Counted from the first letter of the stretch, positions 16,840 to 27,055 are shown. The stretch is DNA of 32,000 nt from Butyricimonas virosa (GCF_025148635.1 NZ_CP102269.1:1302099-1334098), one strand, 5' to 3'. Made by a program: numbers and translations. The notes: a model not told the origin generated them from the sequence alone.

Positions 16840-18003
16840 ATGTACAATTTTGATCAGATAATAGACCGTCGGAACACCAGTTGCGTGAAGTACGACAATC
16901 TTGCAAACGTGTTTGGTTACACGGATATTCTACCCATGTGGGTAGCGGATATGGATTTTCAGGTAGCCCCCGAAATTCTCGATGCCGCTCGTGAATGTTG
17001 TGAAAAAGGAGTTTTCGGATACACGTTCCGAAGTGATAAAGCCAAACAAGCATTCGCTAACTGGGTGGCACGTCGCCACGGTTGGCAAGTAGACACCCGC
17101 TGGCTGTTAAGTAGTCCCGGTATCGTCACGGCCCTGGCATTAGGGGTTCGAGTTTACACGCAAGAACATGATAAGGTCATGATTTTTACTCCTGTCTATC
17201 CTCCATTCTATGCCGTGGTGAAAGATAACAACCGGGAACTCGTATGCAGTACCTTGAAAGTAGAAAACGGACATTACCAGATCGACTGGGAAGATGTTGA
17301 AAAGAAACTGAAAATCGGAGTAAAATTACTGATAATGAGCAATTCTCACAACCCTGTGGGAAGAGTATGGACCAAGGAAGAGCTTACTCGAATCGGAACG
17401 TTATGCCTGCAATACGGGGTTACAATCCTCTCTGACGAAATCCATTCCGATCTTGCCCTCTTCGGACACAAGCACGTGGTAATAGCCTCCCTATCACCGG
17501 AGATTGCCGCTATCACCGTGACCATGATGGCTCCGAGCAAAACATTCAATATCGCCGGGATGATGAATTCAGTTGTCGTAATCTCCAACCCGGAATTACG
17601 TCGCCTCTTCGAGAAAGAACTTTTATGCCTACACCTAGATTTGGGTAATATCTTCGGACACGTCACCCTAGAGGCCGCCTACAAGCACGGGGACGCCTGG
17701 CTGGACGAAATGGTTCGTTACCTCGAAAAGAACATCCTGTTTACCGACCAATTTCTCCAAGAAGAGTTGCCCGCAGTAAAAATGATACTCCCGGAAGGCT
17801 CTTTCTTACTTTGGCTTGATTTTCGGGCGACAGGATTATCCCACGAACAAATCCAGGAAAAACTACTCCACGAGGCGAAAGTCGGTTTAAATAGCGGCAT
17901 GGATTTCGGCCCTGATGGAGAAGGCTTTTTTCGTATGAACATCGGTTGCCCACTTGAAACGGTAAAAGAAGGATTCGAACGCTTGAAAAAAACATTCAAA
18001 TAG
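16840..18003 (+). CDS. PLP-dependent C-S lyase of the MalY/PatB family (cystathionine beta-lyase type aminotransferase class I/II)
   Basis: 387 aa. MYNFDQIIDRRNTSCVKYD start typical of PatB/MalY, SNSHNPVGRVW, and PLP-lysine context APSKTFNIAGM. Confidence 0.85.
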   Translation: MYNFDQIIDRRNTSCVKYDNLANVFGYTDILPMWVADMDFQVAPEILDAARECCEKGVFGYTFRSDKAKQAFANWVARRHGWQVDTRWLLSSPGIVTALALGVRVYTQEHDKVMIFTPVYPPFYAVVKDNNRELVCSTLKVENGHYQIDWEDVEKKLKIGVKLLIMSNSHNPVGRVWTKEELTRIGTLCLQYGVTILSDEIHSDLALFGHKHVVIASLSPEIAAITVTMMAPSKTFNIAGMMNSVVVISNPELRRLFEKELLCLHLDLGNIFGHVTLEAAYKHGDAWLDEMVRYLEKNILFTDQFLQEELPAVKMILPEGSFLLWLDFRATGLSHEQIQEKLLHEAKVGLNSGMDFGPDGEGFFRMNIGCPLETVKEGFERLKKTFK

Positions 18004-18016
18004 GACTTTTCCACAG

Positions 18017-18046
18017 TAATATAGCCTTGCTATCAAGGCTATATTA
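18017..18046 (+). terminator. Hairpin downstream of the C-S lyase gene (taatatagcctt-gctatc-aaggctatatta)
   Basis: Perfect 12-bp stem with a 6-nt loop, 14 nt after the stop codon. There is no clean T-run, so terminator function is tentative. Confidence 0.5.
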
Positions 18047-18152
18047 CCTTATATTACATATCATACTCTCAAGGTAAGATTTATAAACAATTATTCTTGT
18101 TTTTTAAATACCGTCTGTAATATTCATTACAAAGTTCCCCTGTTTTCACGTA

Positions 18153-18160
18153 TATCTTTG
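18153..18160 (+). promoter_or_regulatory. -7 promoter box TATCTTTG upstream of the Fe-S protein gene
   Basis: Exact TAnnTTTG match, 26 nt upstream of the ATG at 18186. Confidence 0.5.
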
Positions 18161-18185
18161 TCCTAGAACAAAAAAACAACTGACT

Positions 18186-19022
18186 ATGAAACGGACAATT
18201 ATAAAAATAGACGAGGAAAAATGTAACGGTTGCGGGCTATGCGTGCAAGGTTGTCACGAGGGAGCTTTACAATTAATAGACGGAAAAGCCGTCATGATAA
18301 GTGATTTATATTGCGACGGGCTGGGTGCTTGCATTGGAGAATGTCCCGTCGGCGCCATCAAATTAGAGGAACGAGAAGCGGAACCGTATAGCGAAGAGGC
18401 TGTTATGGAACGTATTGCCCCCAAAGGAGAACACGTGATCTTGGCCCATCTGCGTCACTTGAAAGACCACGATGAAAAAGAATTGGTGAAACAGGGAGTG
18501 GACTATCTAAAACGCCATAACATCCCCATAAATCTCCAAGAAATACATCCCACTCCGAAACTAGGATATGGATGTCCCAGTTCCATGGCAAGAGAATTAA
18601 AACCCATAATGAAACCCGCAGCAACCCCATACTCTAGTAGCTCAGAACTCCGGCAATGGCCTGTACAGTTACACCTGTTAAACCCACAAGCCGGATATTT
18701 CCAAAGAGCAAACGTACTACTAGCCTCCGATTGTTCTGCCTTCACTGCCGGGAATTTTCACGAACATTTCTTGAAAGGCAAGATTCTGGCTATCGCCTGC
18801 CCAAAACTGGATCATAATACCGATTCTTACGTGGACAAACTCCATAGCATGATTGACGATGCACAGATAGACACGCTCTCCGTACTCATCATGGAAGTAC
18901 CCTGTTGCGGAGGACTCCTGCAAATGGCTCTAAAAGCGAGAGAAATTGCCTCCCGTAACATCCCGATTAAAAAGATCGTGTTGTCCGTGGAAGGAGAAGT
19001 GAAAAGCGAAGAATGGGTATAA
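18186..19022 (+). CDS. 4Fe-4S ferredoxin-domain protein with an uncharacterised Cys-containing C-terminal domain
   Basis: 278 aa. The N-terminus has CNGCGLCVQGC (CxxCxxCxxxC) and a second, non-canonical CDGLGACIGECP motif. The C-terminal roughly 150 aa carry further Cys residues (GCPSS, SDCSAF, IACPKLD, VPCCGG). Confidence 0.75.
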   Translation: MKRTIIKIDEEKCNGCGLCVQGCHEGALQLIDGKAVMISDLYCDGLGACIGECPVGAIKLEEREAEPYSEEAVMERIAPKGEHVILAHLRHLKDHDEKELVKQGVDYLKRHNIPINLQEIHPTPKLGYGCPSSMARELKPIMKPAATPYSSSSELRQWPVQLHLLNPQAGYFQRANVLLASDCSAFTAGNFHEHFLKGKILAIACPKLDHNTDSYVDKLHSMIDDAQIDTLSVLIMEVPCCGGLLQMALKAREIASRNIPIKKIVLSVEGEVKSEEWV

Positions 19023-19094
19023 AAATAAGTTCATGAACTTTATTATCATGCCGTAAAACATCAAAATATATGTCGAATGATATTCCTTTATTAT

Positions 19095-19102
19095 TAGCTT
19101 TG
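19095..19102 (+). promoter_or_regulatory. -7 promoter box TAGCTTTG upstream of the TRIC-type channel gene
   Basis: Exact TAnnTTTG match, 24 nt upstream of the ATG at 19126. Confidence 0.5.
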
Positions 19103-19125
19103 CAGGCTCAAAAAATAACAGGAAT

Positions 19126-19746
19126 ATGAATATTGATTTTACAACAATCATTGATTACATCGGCACATTCGCATTCGCTATCAGTGGAATACGTTTGGCA
19201 TCAGCCAAGCGATTCGACTGGTTCGGGGCATACGTGGTCGGAGCCGCAACAGCCATCGGGGGCGGAACGACACGAGATTTGATGCTGGGGTTAACTCCTT
19301 TTTGGATGCACCAACCCTCCTATCTGATTGTTACAGGGCTGGCCTTGTTATTCGTGATTATGTTCGGGAAACAAGTGATCCGGCTGAATAACACGTTTTT
19401 CATCTTTGATGCCATCGGATTAGGACTATTTACCGTGGTAGGAATTGAAAAAAGTTTACTTGCCGGATTTCCCATGTGGGTAGCTATCATCATGGGTATG
19501 ACTACCGGAGCTGTCGGGGGTGTGATCCGGGATATATTTATCAACGAAGTACCCCTAATCTTCCGCAAGGATATTTACGCCATCGCCTGTATTCTAGGAG
19601 GATTAATTTACTTCGCCTGTGACTTCTTTGCCGTAGGCCATATCACCACCCAAATCATCACGGCCGGAAGCGTCATTTTAGCCCGGATTGTTGCCGTAAA
19701 ATACCATATCAGTCTTCCGGTATTAAAAGGAAATGAAAATCAATAA
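19126..19746 (+). CDS. Trimeric intracellular cation channel (TRIC)/UPF0126 family membrane protein (YadS/YicG-like)
   Basis: 206 aa, about 7 TM segments. Two internal glycine-rich repeats (GTFAFAISGIRLA ... GGGTTRD and DAIGLGLFTVVG ... GGVIRD) typical of UPF0126. Confidence 0.85.
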   Translation: MNIDFTTIIDYIGTFAFAISGIRLASAKRFDWFGAYVVGAATAIGGGTTRDLMLGLTPFWMHQPSYLIVTGLALLFVIMFGKQVIRLNNTFFIFDAIGLGLFTVVGIEKSLLAGFPMWVAIIMGMTTGAVGGVIRDIFINEVPLIFRKDIYAIACILGGLIYFACDFFAVGHITTQIITAGSVILARIVAVKYHISLPVLKGNENQ

Positions 19747-19754
19747 GTAAAAAT

Positions 19755-19786
19755 AGCGATAGAAAGCTTCATGTCTTTCTATCGCT
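19755..19786 (-). terminator. Hairpin terminator at the end of the SusC/SusD operon (agcgatagaaag-cttcatgt-ctttctatcgct)
   Basis: Perfect 12-bp stem with an 8-nt loop. On the minus strand it is followed by atttttactt. It lies between convergent genes. Confidence 0.65.
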
Positions 19787-19816
19787 AACACACACAATCA
19801 CTCTAGTTTAAAATAT

Positions 19817-21409
19817 CTAAAAATAAAGCATATCGACAACATTTCCTCCCTCTTTACCATCCCGAAGCCATTTCTGATACTTAATTTTCACATCCACGGG
19901 AACTCCAGATATTCCTTCATATTTTTTTACTAATTCTCCTGTTTTTAGATCTAGAACCAACACATCCCCTTTCAATCCTTCAGACATACCTTCCGTATCA
20001 TCCCCATAACGAGAAACTCCCAAAAGTATTTCCTGTTCTGTCCTTGAAACACTCATACAAGTGATTTTAGCTTCCGCATTATACCCCCATTTCGACAACT
20101 CCACGAACACGCTCGAATTCCCTGGGGCAACATTATTTTCCAACTCGCGCAAATTATAACGATACAACTTATCATTCGTGGTAAACAACATATAAGCTTC
20201 ATTTTTCATCGGATAATAAGATGTTGTCTCGTTAATAATATTACTAGGTACTGCAAAATCCGCAAGTACCGATTGCGTTCCATTCGAAAGATTCATATAC
20301 AACATCCGATAACCCGCTCCATCGCTCAACACGGCCACGGCATGATCTTTTGTTGCCGTATGGGTTCCAAATAATAAAGAATAACCACTATAAGTCCCAA
20401 GTTCTGGAACTCCAACATTATTAGCGGACAGCAAATTATTATACCAAAATTGACCGACCGTTTCATCAAACATATACATATTTGCCACTGTATAATTTTG
20501 TCCTCCAGACTCAACTAAAGAAGACAAAAACATTGTCGGGGATAATGTTCCTTTCCACGGACTCTTTATTTGCATAAATGCAAGTTTTAACCACATATTC
20601 ATAGAAGGAACACATGTTGATTGTATCGTCCAAAATTCATCTCCCGCTATTGTACACGTATAATTCGTATTCATCATCCCTTCCATTGTTGTAGCCTGAT
20701 GATTAAAAGCTTTCACTTCAAAACCCGTTATATCTCCGGAAGGTAAACCCTGAGCCTCTTTGATATAATAATTATGATCCAAAATGGCATTCCCCTCAAT
20801 CTCCTGCAACGTCTCCTCACTCAAACATTTTATTTGATGATCCGTTTCTATTTTCAACCCGGAATTTATATTATTTGCCTCGGGAAGATAATCTCGATGT
20901 ATCCTTCGTGGATTAGTCCCTAAATAATTTCCGGTTAAAGCTTCATAAAAATTAGGGGTAAAAACACTTCCTTCTTTGTCCAAACGCTTAAAAGACAACT
21001 CTGCATGCCCTTTATATTTGCTTAAAACCAAAATACCGTCACCCGCCGTGGAACTGGACACATTGATTTTAAAATATTTAAATGCTTTCGTGCCGAGTTC
21101 TTTATCCGTTACCACGAAACGAGCCTCGTTTTCTCCTAACGGGAAATTAACATACACGTTCAAATCTTTGGCCGTGGACACTATTTTACGATTAATTTCC
21201 CAAAAATACGTGAATCGATTCGTATCGGCATACTGCGTTCCTTCCAAAGTGACCGGAATATGTAACAAATCCATCTGATCACAACGAATCAAACTATCAA
21301 CCCCCGAAATCGTAATTTGATTAATATCGTGATAATCATAATTCCCCTTATCATCGTAACAAGCAAATAACAAGCCTGTCAGACACACAAAAAATAGTAT
21401 TGTTCTCAT
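19817..21409 (-). CDS. Surface lipoprotein, PKD-like family type (N-terminal Ig/PKD-like domain plus a probable C-terminal beta-propeller), function unknown
   Basis: 530 aa. Lipobox LLFAC followed by the acidic stretch YDDKGNYDYHD. The N-terminal region ITISGVDSLIRCDQMDLLHIPVTLEG...FVVTDKELGTKAFKYFKINV looks Ig/PKD-like. It is the last gene of a SusC/SusD operon, after a DUF4843-like gene, an arrangement I recognise from other Bacteroidota. No search was run. Confidence 0.5.
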   Translation of the reverse strand: MRTILFFVCLTGLLFACYDDKGNYDYHDINQITISGVDSLIRCDQMDLLHIPVTLEGTQYADTNRFTYFWEINRKIVSTAKDLNVYVNFPLGENEARFVVTDKELGTKAFKYFKINVSSSTAGDGILVLSKYKGHAELSFKRLDKEGSVFTPNFYEALTGNYLGTNPRRIHRDYLPEANNINSGLKIETDHQIKCLSEETLQEIEGNAILDHNYYIKEAQGLPSGDITGFEVKAFNHQATTMEGMMNTNYTCTIAGDEFWTIQSTCVPSMNMWLKLAFMQIKSPWKGTLSPTMFLSSLVESGGQNYTVANMYMFDETVGQFWYNNLLSANNVGVPELGTYSGYSLLFGTHTATKDHAVAVLSDGAGYRMLYMNLSNGTQSVLADFAVPSNIINETTSYYPMKNEAYMLFTTNDKLYRYNLRELENNVAPGNSSVFVELSKWGYNAEAKITCMSVSRTEQEILLGVSRYGDDTEGMSEGLKGDVLVLDLKTGELVKKYEGISGVPVDVKIKYQKWLRDGKEGGNVVDMLYF

Positions 21410-21429
21410 ACGAATTACTTTTCCAAATA

Positions 21430-22185
21430 TTAAATTTCAACAAGCCCGGTTTTCGTTATACGCATCCCCGTTTCGTCATCAATAATCACATTTTTATCCA
21501 GCCAATCATTCAACATACCACTCTTCTTCTGCATATCAACCCCAGTACCGACAAAAGCATCTTCAACAGCGAACATAGAATCCCACTCTATCAACTTCCG
21601 CCATTTCTTCGGGTGATAAAAACCAAGTTGCGTCTCATTCGCCGCCCACCAAGACGGAGGGAATAAAATATTATTCACAGACAACTTCATTTCATGCCCG
21701 ACATTGATACCCAACAAGAAATCCTCACCCTCTTCAAGAGCCAGCATCAAAGTTTTTGATTCCGGATTTCGCAAACTGGTACTCAAATTCTTACGATACA
21801 CCAAAATTCGAAGAGTATCCTGAAAACGATTAGGCCCAAACACCTGCTCTTCGGCAATAGGAGCATAATCTTCACCCTCAACCATAGTTGTCACACCATT
21901 TAATTGCACCCCCTTTTCCAGCACCTTCACCCGATATTTCCGAGGTTGTTCTGAAACATTCCCCATAAGTTGCACGACGATCTTAGCCGTATCGGCAACG
22001 ACCTCTTCTGGCAATTTCCCAAATGAGAAAACAACCGAATCTACGCTTACATTATTCCCCAGACTATTCTGAACCTCGTACTGGAAATAAATTCGATCAA
22101 TATCATCATACTCGTATTCCGGATCTTGCTCACATCCCTGCAATCCAAGACAAAACGCCCAAATAATATATATTAACTTCTTCAT
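21430..22185 (-). CDS. DUF4843-like surface lipoprotein, function unknown
   Basis: 251 aa. Lipobox GLQGC followed by EQDPEYEYDDIDRIYFQYE. Size, N-terminal pattern and position (immediately after SusD, before a PKD-like lipoprotein) fit DUF4843-type proteins. The assignment is by eye. Confidence 0.5.
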   Translation of the reverse strand: MKKLIYIIWAFCLGLQGCEQDPEYEYDDIDRIYFQYEVQNSLGNNVSVDSVVFSFGKLPEEVVADTAKIVVQLMGNVSEQPRKYRVKVLEKGVQLNGVTTMVEGEDYAPIAEEQVFGPNRFQDTLRILVYRKNLSTSLRNPESKTLMLALEEGEDFLLGINVGHEMKLSVNNILFPPSWWAANETQLGFYHPKKWRKLIEWDSMFAVEDAFVGTGVDMQKKSGMLNDWLDKNVIIDDETGMRITKTGLVEI

Positions 22186-22199
22186 AAAACAAGTCTTAT

Positions 22200-23630
22200 T
22201 TAATTTCTATATCCATATTCTATCTCTTCTTCCGGTAACGGTAACACGAAAACACTATTACTTGCTTTTACCCCATCTTCCGAAGTATTACCGATAATAT
22301 CATGATTTAAACGCTTATACACGTAAAAAAGCTGTCCCTCCCCAACAAACTCTTTCCGCATTTCCAATAAAATCATCTCTTCCGTCACCGTTTGCTTATT
22401 CACGATTGATTTCGTCCTAGCTTGCTTTAAAGTTTGTAATAATTCGGCCGCATGTTCCGGGTCATCCTCCATCCATCCTTCAGCAGCGATCAAGTACATC
22501 TCTGACAAACGAATCATAGGCATCTTGGGAAAAAAACGTTCACTATTATCGGAAGTATATTTTATAATATAAAAACTTTTATACCAATTCAATCTATAAT
22601 CCTCTAAATCACCCAAATATAATATAGACTGATAACCACTAGCCATTTGCACGTTTCCATCCGTACCCGTTATTTGCTTATGTACACCTTCCGCATCAGA
22701 TTTCACGTTTTGTCCCCGCAAAGAAAAGATATGTTCATCAGAAAAAAGTAAATCTTTATTTGCCTCATCCGTGTTCAAACTCTTTTCATAATTCACCAAA
22801 GCAAATTTACCACAATCAATTACCTCCTCGGCCAGACGACGGGCATCCTTTATTTTATCCCCTCCCATGCTCAAATAAACCCGGGCTAACAAAGCTTTCG
22901 TCGCATAATAATTCATTCGAGCGACATAAAGGTCAGCTCCATCTTTATTTTCATCATCACCATTCCCCAACTGATAAGGTTTCACTTCCTTAATCGGATC
23001 ATTCTCCAAATATTTTACCGCATCCTCCAAATCACCAATCACCAGCTTCAAATAATCCATCGTGCTATAAACAGGCGGCGTTTTTACTCCAAACTTCGTT
23101 TGATAAGGCAAAACACGAGCCTTTGGATCCAGTTTAACGTCAGTAGCAAACAAACGATAAATATCAAAATGCAACAAACCTCGCAAAGCTAATGCCTCAC
23201 CCCGTACCTGATTCCGTCGCTCATCAGATAAAACAGAAGCATTTTTCTCACTCCATTCCAAAATATTATTCAATGCTGCGATATTAGCATAAAATGAGCT
23301 CCATAACAGATAGATATAACTTTTCATATCCTTATTCTCGTAATCATAATCCCGGAATATTTTCATCTTATTCGGGATCTGAGAATAATCATAAATACGA
23401 GACATTATATCAAGCATTCCGAAAGACAATGTTTGTCCATACATATTAGAAGCCGCAATATCGCAATAGACACCGGCTAAAGCCTCGGAAAAACCACGCT
23501 CGGTACTGAAAAGATCACTTTCTTCACTCTGGTTGATCAAATCTACATCTAACCATGAATTACAAGAACACAACATGAGCGTCAACAACAAACTTCCTAT
23601 ACAATTTCTTAACCTCATAACTCTTTTCAT
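22200..23630 (-). CDS. SusD/RagB-family nutrient-binding outer-membrane lipoprotein
   Basis: The ORF-track start at 23636 is TTG. The first ATG is at 23630 (MKRVMRLRNCIGSLLLTLMLCSCNSWLDVD, a lipobox). TPR-like helical SusD features include LALRGLLHFDIYRLF and ARVYL. It lies directly downstream of SusC. Confidence 0.9.
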   Translation of the reverse strand: MKRVMRLRNCIGSLLLTLMLCSCNSWLDVDLINQSEESDLFSTERGFSEALAGVYCDIAASNMYGQTLSFGMLDIMSRIYDYSQIPNKMKIFRDYDYENKDMKSYIYLLWSSFYANIAALNNILEWSEKNASVLSDERRNQVRGEALALRGLLHFDIYRLFATDVKLDPKARVLPYQTKFGVKTPPVYSTMDYLKLVIGDLEDAVKYLENDPIKEVKPYQLGNGDDENKDGADLYVARMNYYATKALLARVYLSMGGDKIKDARRLAEEVIDCGKFALVNYEKSLNTDEANKDLLFSDEHIFSLRGQNVKSDAEGVHKQITGTDGNVQMASGYQSILYLGDLEDYRLNWYKSFYIIKYTSDNSERFFPKMPMIRLSEMYLIAAEGWMEDDPEHAAELLQTLKQARTKSIVNKQTVTEEMILLEMRKEFVGEGQLFYVYKRLNHDIIGNTSEDGVKASNSVFVLPLPEEEIEYGYRN

Positions 23631-23636
23631 TAACAA

Positions 23637-26600
23637 TTAAAACGTAACATTCAAACTCAGGTTAAAAGTTCGGGCAAAAGGATAACTTGTCCCTCGCTCT
23701 TGCTTTATGGTTGACAAACGAAATACGTCCGTCGTACTCAACATCAATCGAACTCGATCTGCATAAATCTTCTGACTGATATCCCGGGGTAATTCATAAG
23801 ATAAAGACACACTTGACAGAGAAAACAAATCATTATCAAAAACCAAACGTGTCGTCTGGTAAGGAGAAGTCCGATCATCAATACGTCTGAATTTAGCATG
23901 ATCCCCCGGTTCTTTCCAACGATCATACAACACCCGCTTATCTGCATTCTTATAAGGGTTAGCACCTTCCACTTTAGAAGCTAAGGTCCCATTATAAGCC
24001 TTGGCCCCAAACTGATATTTAAAAAGCATATACAACGTAAAACCCTTCCACGTCAAATTCGTATTCACGTTTCCTTCGATCGTAGGTTTCATATCTCCAC
24101 ACTTCACTTTATCATTTGCATCATATTCAAATGTCAACTCCCCGTTACGTTTAATATAAACCTCGTTTCCCGTTGCTGGATCGATTCCTCCCGAACGAAC
24201 CATCATCAAGGCTGTTTGCGAACGCCCGGCCTCATATTGCCGGTACACGACAGTTCCTTGATTATACCAATCACTATTAGCATATTTATTGATCTCTTCC
24301 AACTGATTAGACAACTTCGTGATCTTGCTCTTATTATGGAATGCGGAAAGTGTTACATTCCATCTTAAATCTCTTTGAGTATCCCGAATCAAATTCAAGC
24401 GCAAACGGCCCTCAATCCCAGTATTCCTCAATTTTCCAATATTTTCCACATAACTACTAAAACCGGTCGACGGTGCAACCGTCAAAGGCAACAATAAATT
24501 TTCCGTGTTTTTAATGTAAAAATCTCCATTAAACGTAACCAGCCCTTTCAACAAAGTCATATCCACACCCACGTTATAAGAAATAGTGTTCTGCCACTTC
24601 AACTCCGGGTTACCGTATCCGGCCAAACTGACACCAAACACACCATTATATATTTTAGAAAAATCATAATTATAAGTTGTCAACGCTTGAGTCGAAGAGA
24701 AATTAGTCGTTCCCGTACTACCCACGGAAGCCCTCAATTTTAAAGAACTCTTCTCGTCTCCCGACCAAAACGCTTCTTTATGCACATTCCAAGCAACTCC
24801 TACTGACCAGAACGGAGCAAAACGTGAATTTCTCCCGAATTTGCTGGAACCATCCGTACGGAAAGATAAATCCAAGAAATAACGATTATCATACCCATAA
24901 TTCACGTTACCAAAAAATCCGACCAACCGGGATTTATCATAACTACCATTAGGACTCGAATTTTCCTCAAAAGAGATCGCCGCTCCTATAAAAACCATAT
25001 CCGGATTAACAAAACCGACCCCGGTATAAGAATCTCCTTCCTCGGTCGACTCTGTTAGATTGCTTCCCACACCCACGTTCAACGAATGTACTCCCAACAC
25101 TTTATTATATTGTAATGTCAAATTCCCGTCAAATTTATCACTTTGTGAATTGGAACGAAAATAAGTTCCTTTCTTTTTAGGATCTGTTTCCGTGCTATAA
25201 TCCAAAGATTCCGGAGACTTGAATAAATCCCTTTTATCAAATTGTCTGGTATAACTAATACGTCCTTGTAATCGCAATGCCGGAATAATTCTCCAATCAA
25301 TATTAAAATTATCTTGAATAGATGTATATGTACTCGTATTCTTTTTCGCCAAATGAGCATTATACAAAGGATTCCAATCTCCTGAAGAAAGCTTCTCAAC
25401 AAACTTTCCATTCTCATCATAAATACGATCGTACGGATTTTGATTGGCATACAAATAAAATTCATTATAAGGAGAATTTTTCGCTTTCACATTATCCACG
25501 GCCAAATCATTCCGAATAAAGAAATTCGTCCCGATGTTATAATTAAATGTCAAGTTAATACCCAACCGATCTCGGCCGGATTGCTTCATAACCCCTTTAT
25601 CCGTGTCATATCTCAAATCTATCCCGTAACGGAAATACTCGTCTCCACCCTCGAAATTAATAGAATAACGTTGATTCAATGAGGTTGTTAAAGGCTGAGA
25701 CAACCAATAAGTATTCACGCCCTTTCTCACCTCTTCCAATCGAGAATTATAAAGTTCATCCAGTTTACATTGTTCTAAATAATCGGTATCCTGATACAAA
25801 CCAGCTAACCGCTCATATTCTAACTTTTCTTCAGCATTCATCAAATTATAGTCCCGCAAATCCGGCACCGAAATATTATAATTAGCATTCAAGCTCACTC
25901 GAATCTGCCCGGACTTCGGGCGAATCGTCGTGATCACAATAACTCCATTGGAAGCGCGAGAACCGTATAAAGCCGTGGCACTGGCATCTTTCAAGATAGT
26001 TATAGACTCAACCCTATTTACATCCATATCATAAACACGTTCAGCCGAAACTTCTACCCCATCCAAAATATAAAGAGGAGCATTAGGATTCGTGGTCGCA
26101 TCATCTGCATTCGCCCGCAAATCAAACCCGTTTTCACCCCGAATGGTAATATCAGGAAGCACGTTGGGGTTAGAACCGTTTGTCAAGCTTTCCGCCAAAC
26201 GAATTGAAGGATCAAAAGCACTCAAAGCTTGCGTTATACTTAACGCTCCAACTTTCTTCAACTCTTCTGTTTCAATCGTCACTTCCGAACCGGTAAAACT
26301 CTCTTTTGCCTTATTAAAATAACCTGTTACAACAACTTCTTCCACGTTTTCAACTTCTTCCTCCAGAACAATTTTTAATGTATCAGAAGGAAGTTTAAAC
26401 TCGACCTCTTTCGTTTTATAACCCACAAAACTCAAGATCAACCTCCCATTCATAACAGGCAACCGAAACGAGAAAACACCGTCAAAATTTGTTGCCGTTC
26501 CCATATTTGTATTTTCTAACCTAACCGTCACTCCTGGTAACGGCTCTTTATTCATGTCAAGTACTCTACCGACAAGCATATGATTTTTCCCCAAAGAATC

Positions 26601-26984
26601 ATTTACAACAACAGCACTTCGAGCATTCAAAATAACCACGTCATTCACGATAGTATAGCTCAAGTTTGTACCCCTCAAGATTTGTGACAAAACATCCTCC
26701 AATGCCATATTCTTAACATCAACCGAAATGCTTGTCATTTTTTTGATATCTTTACTATCAATGTTATAAAAAAAGCCATAATCCGTTTGAAGTTTTAAGG
26801 ATTGAATTACCTCTTCCAAACTTACCCCTTCCAGATGAAGGGTCACCATCTTATTTTGAGAGTGAAGCGCCGCCGATACGTGCAGCGAGGCAACAAAAAC
26901 AAAAAGAAATAGAAACCTTGTCATAATCCACAATTTTCGTAAACTATCCCTCCATATAGGAATAGAACACCGATTTTTTTTCAT
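23637..26984 (-). CDS. SusC/RagA-family TonB-dependent transducer (N-terminal STN signalling domain, carboxypeptidase-regulatory-like domain, plug, beta-barrel)
   Basis: 1115 aa. STN-type segment VTLHLEGVSLEEVIQSLKLQTDYGFFY...VLSQILRGTNLSYTIVNDVVIL, then GRVLDMNKEPLPGVTVRLENTNMGTATNFDGVFSF, the TonB-box region EEVVVTGY, plug motif ILKDASATALYGSRASNGVIVITT, and an aromatic C-terminal residue (NVTF). Confidence 0.95.
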   Translation of the reverse strand: MKKNRCSIPIWRDSLRKLWIMTRFLFLFVFVASLHVSAALHSQNKMVTLHLEGVSLEEVIQSLKLQTDYGFFYNIDSKDIKKMTSISVDVKNMALEDVLSQILRGTNLSYTIVNDVVILNARSAVVVNDSLGKNHMLVGRVLDMNKEPLPGVTVRLENTNMGTATNFDGVFSFRLPVMNGRLILSFVGYKTKEVEFKLPSDTLKIVLEEEVENVEEVVVTGYFNKAKESFTGSEVTIETEELKKVGALSITQALSAFDPSIRLAESLTNGSNPNVLPDITIRGENGFDLRANADDATTNPNAPLYILDGVEVSAERVYDMDVNRVESITILKDASATALYGSRASNGVIVITTIRPKSGQIRVSLNANYNISVPDLRDYNLMNAEEKLEYERLAGLYQDTDYLEQCKLDELYNSRLEEVRKGVNTYWLSQPLTTSLNQRYSINFEGGDEYFRYGIDLRYDTDKGVMKQSGRDRLGINLTFNYNIGTNFFIRNDLAVDNVKAKNSPYNEFYLYANQNPYDRIYDENGKFVEKLSSGDWNPLYNAHLAKKNTSTYTSIQDNFNIDWRIIPALRLQGRISYTRQFDKRDLFKSPESLDYSTETDPKKKGTYFRSNSQSDKFDGNLTLQYNKVLGVHSLNVGVGSNLTESTEEGDSYTGVGFVNPDMVFIGAAISFEENSSPNGSYDKSRLVGFFGNVNYGYDNRYFLDLSFRTDGSSKFGRNSRFAPFWSVGVAWNVHKEAFWSGDEKSSLKLRASVGSTGTTNFSSTQALTTYNYDFSKIYNGVFGVSLAGYGNPELKWQNTISYNVGVDMTLLKGLVTFNGDFYIKNTENLLLPLTVAPSTGFSSYVENIGKLRNTGIEGRLRLNLIRDTQRDLRWNVTLSAFHNKSKITKLSNQLEEINKYANSDWYNQGTVVYRQYEAGRSQTALMMVRSGGIDPATGNEVYIKRNGELTFEYDANDKVKCGDMKPTIEGNVNTNLTWKGFTLYMLFKYQFGAKAYNGTLASKVEGANPYKNADKRVLYDRWKEPGDHAKFRRIDDRTSPYQTTRLVFDNDLFSLSSVSLSYELPRDISQKIYADRVRLMLSTTDVFRLSTIKQERGTSYPFARTFNLSLNVTF

Positions 26985-27011
26985 ACATTTGTAATTATAA
27001 GTGAAACATAC

Positions 27012-27041
27012 GGGAACAACACCCGCAAAATGTTTGTTCCC
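27012..27041 (-). promoter_or_regulatory. Hairpin gggaacaa-N14-ttgttccc in the promoter or leader region of the SusC-like gene
   Basis: Perfect 8-bp inverted repeat, 28-57 nt upstream of the susC ATG. A 7/8 match to the -7 box (TATGTTTC, complement of 27003-27010) lies just downstream. The role is unknown. Confidence 0.35.
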
Positions 27042-27055
27042 TATTTATTTTACTA

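Noticed and set aside
19027-19040. 14-bp palindrome aagttcatgaactt after the Fe-S protein gene, as a terminator
   Set aside because: It can form only a 5-bp AT-rich stem with a 4-nt loop and has no following T-run. That is too weak to call.
27012-27041. GGAAC ... CGT as a canonical ECF -35/-10 promoter for the SusC-like gene
   Set aside because: The spacing from AAC to the nearest CGT on the minus strand is 23 nt by my count, not the 16-17 nt typical of ECF promoters. The hairpin is kept as an unexplained feature, but I do not call it a promoter.
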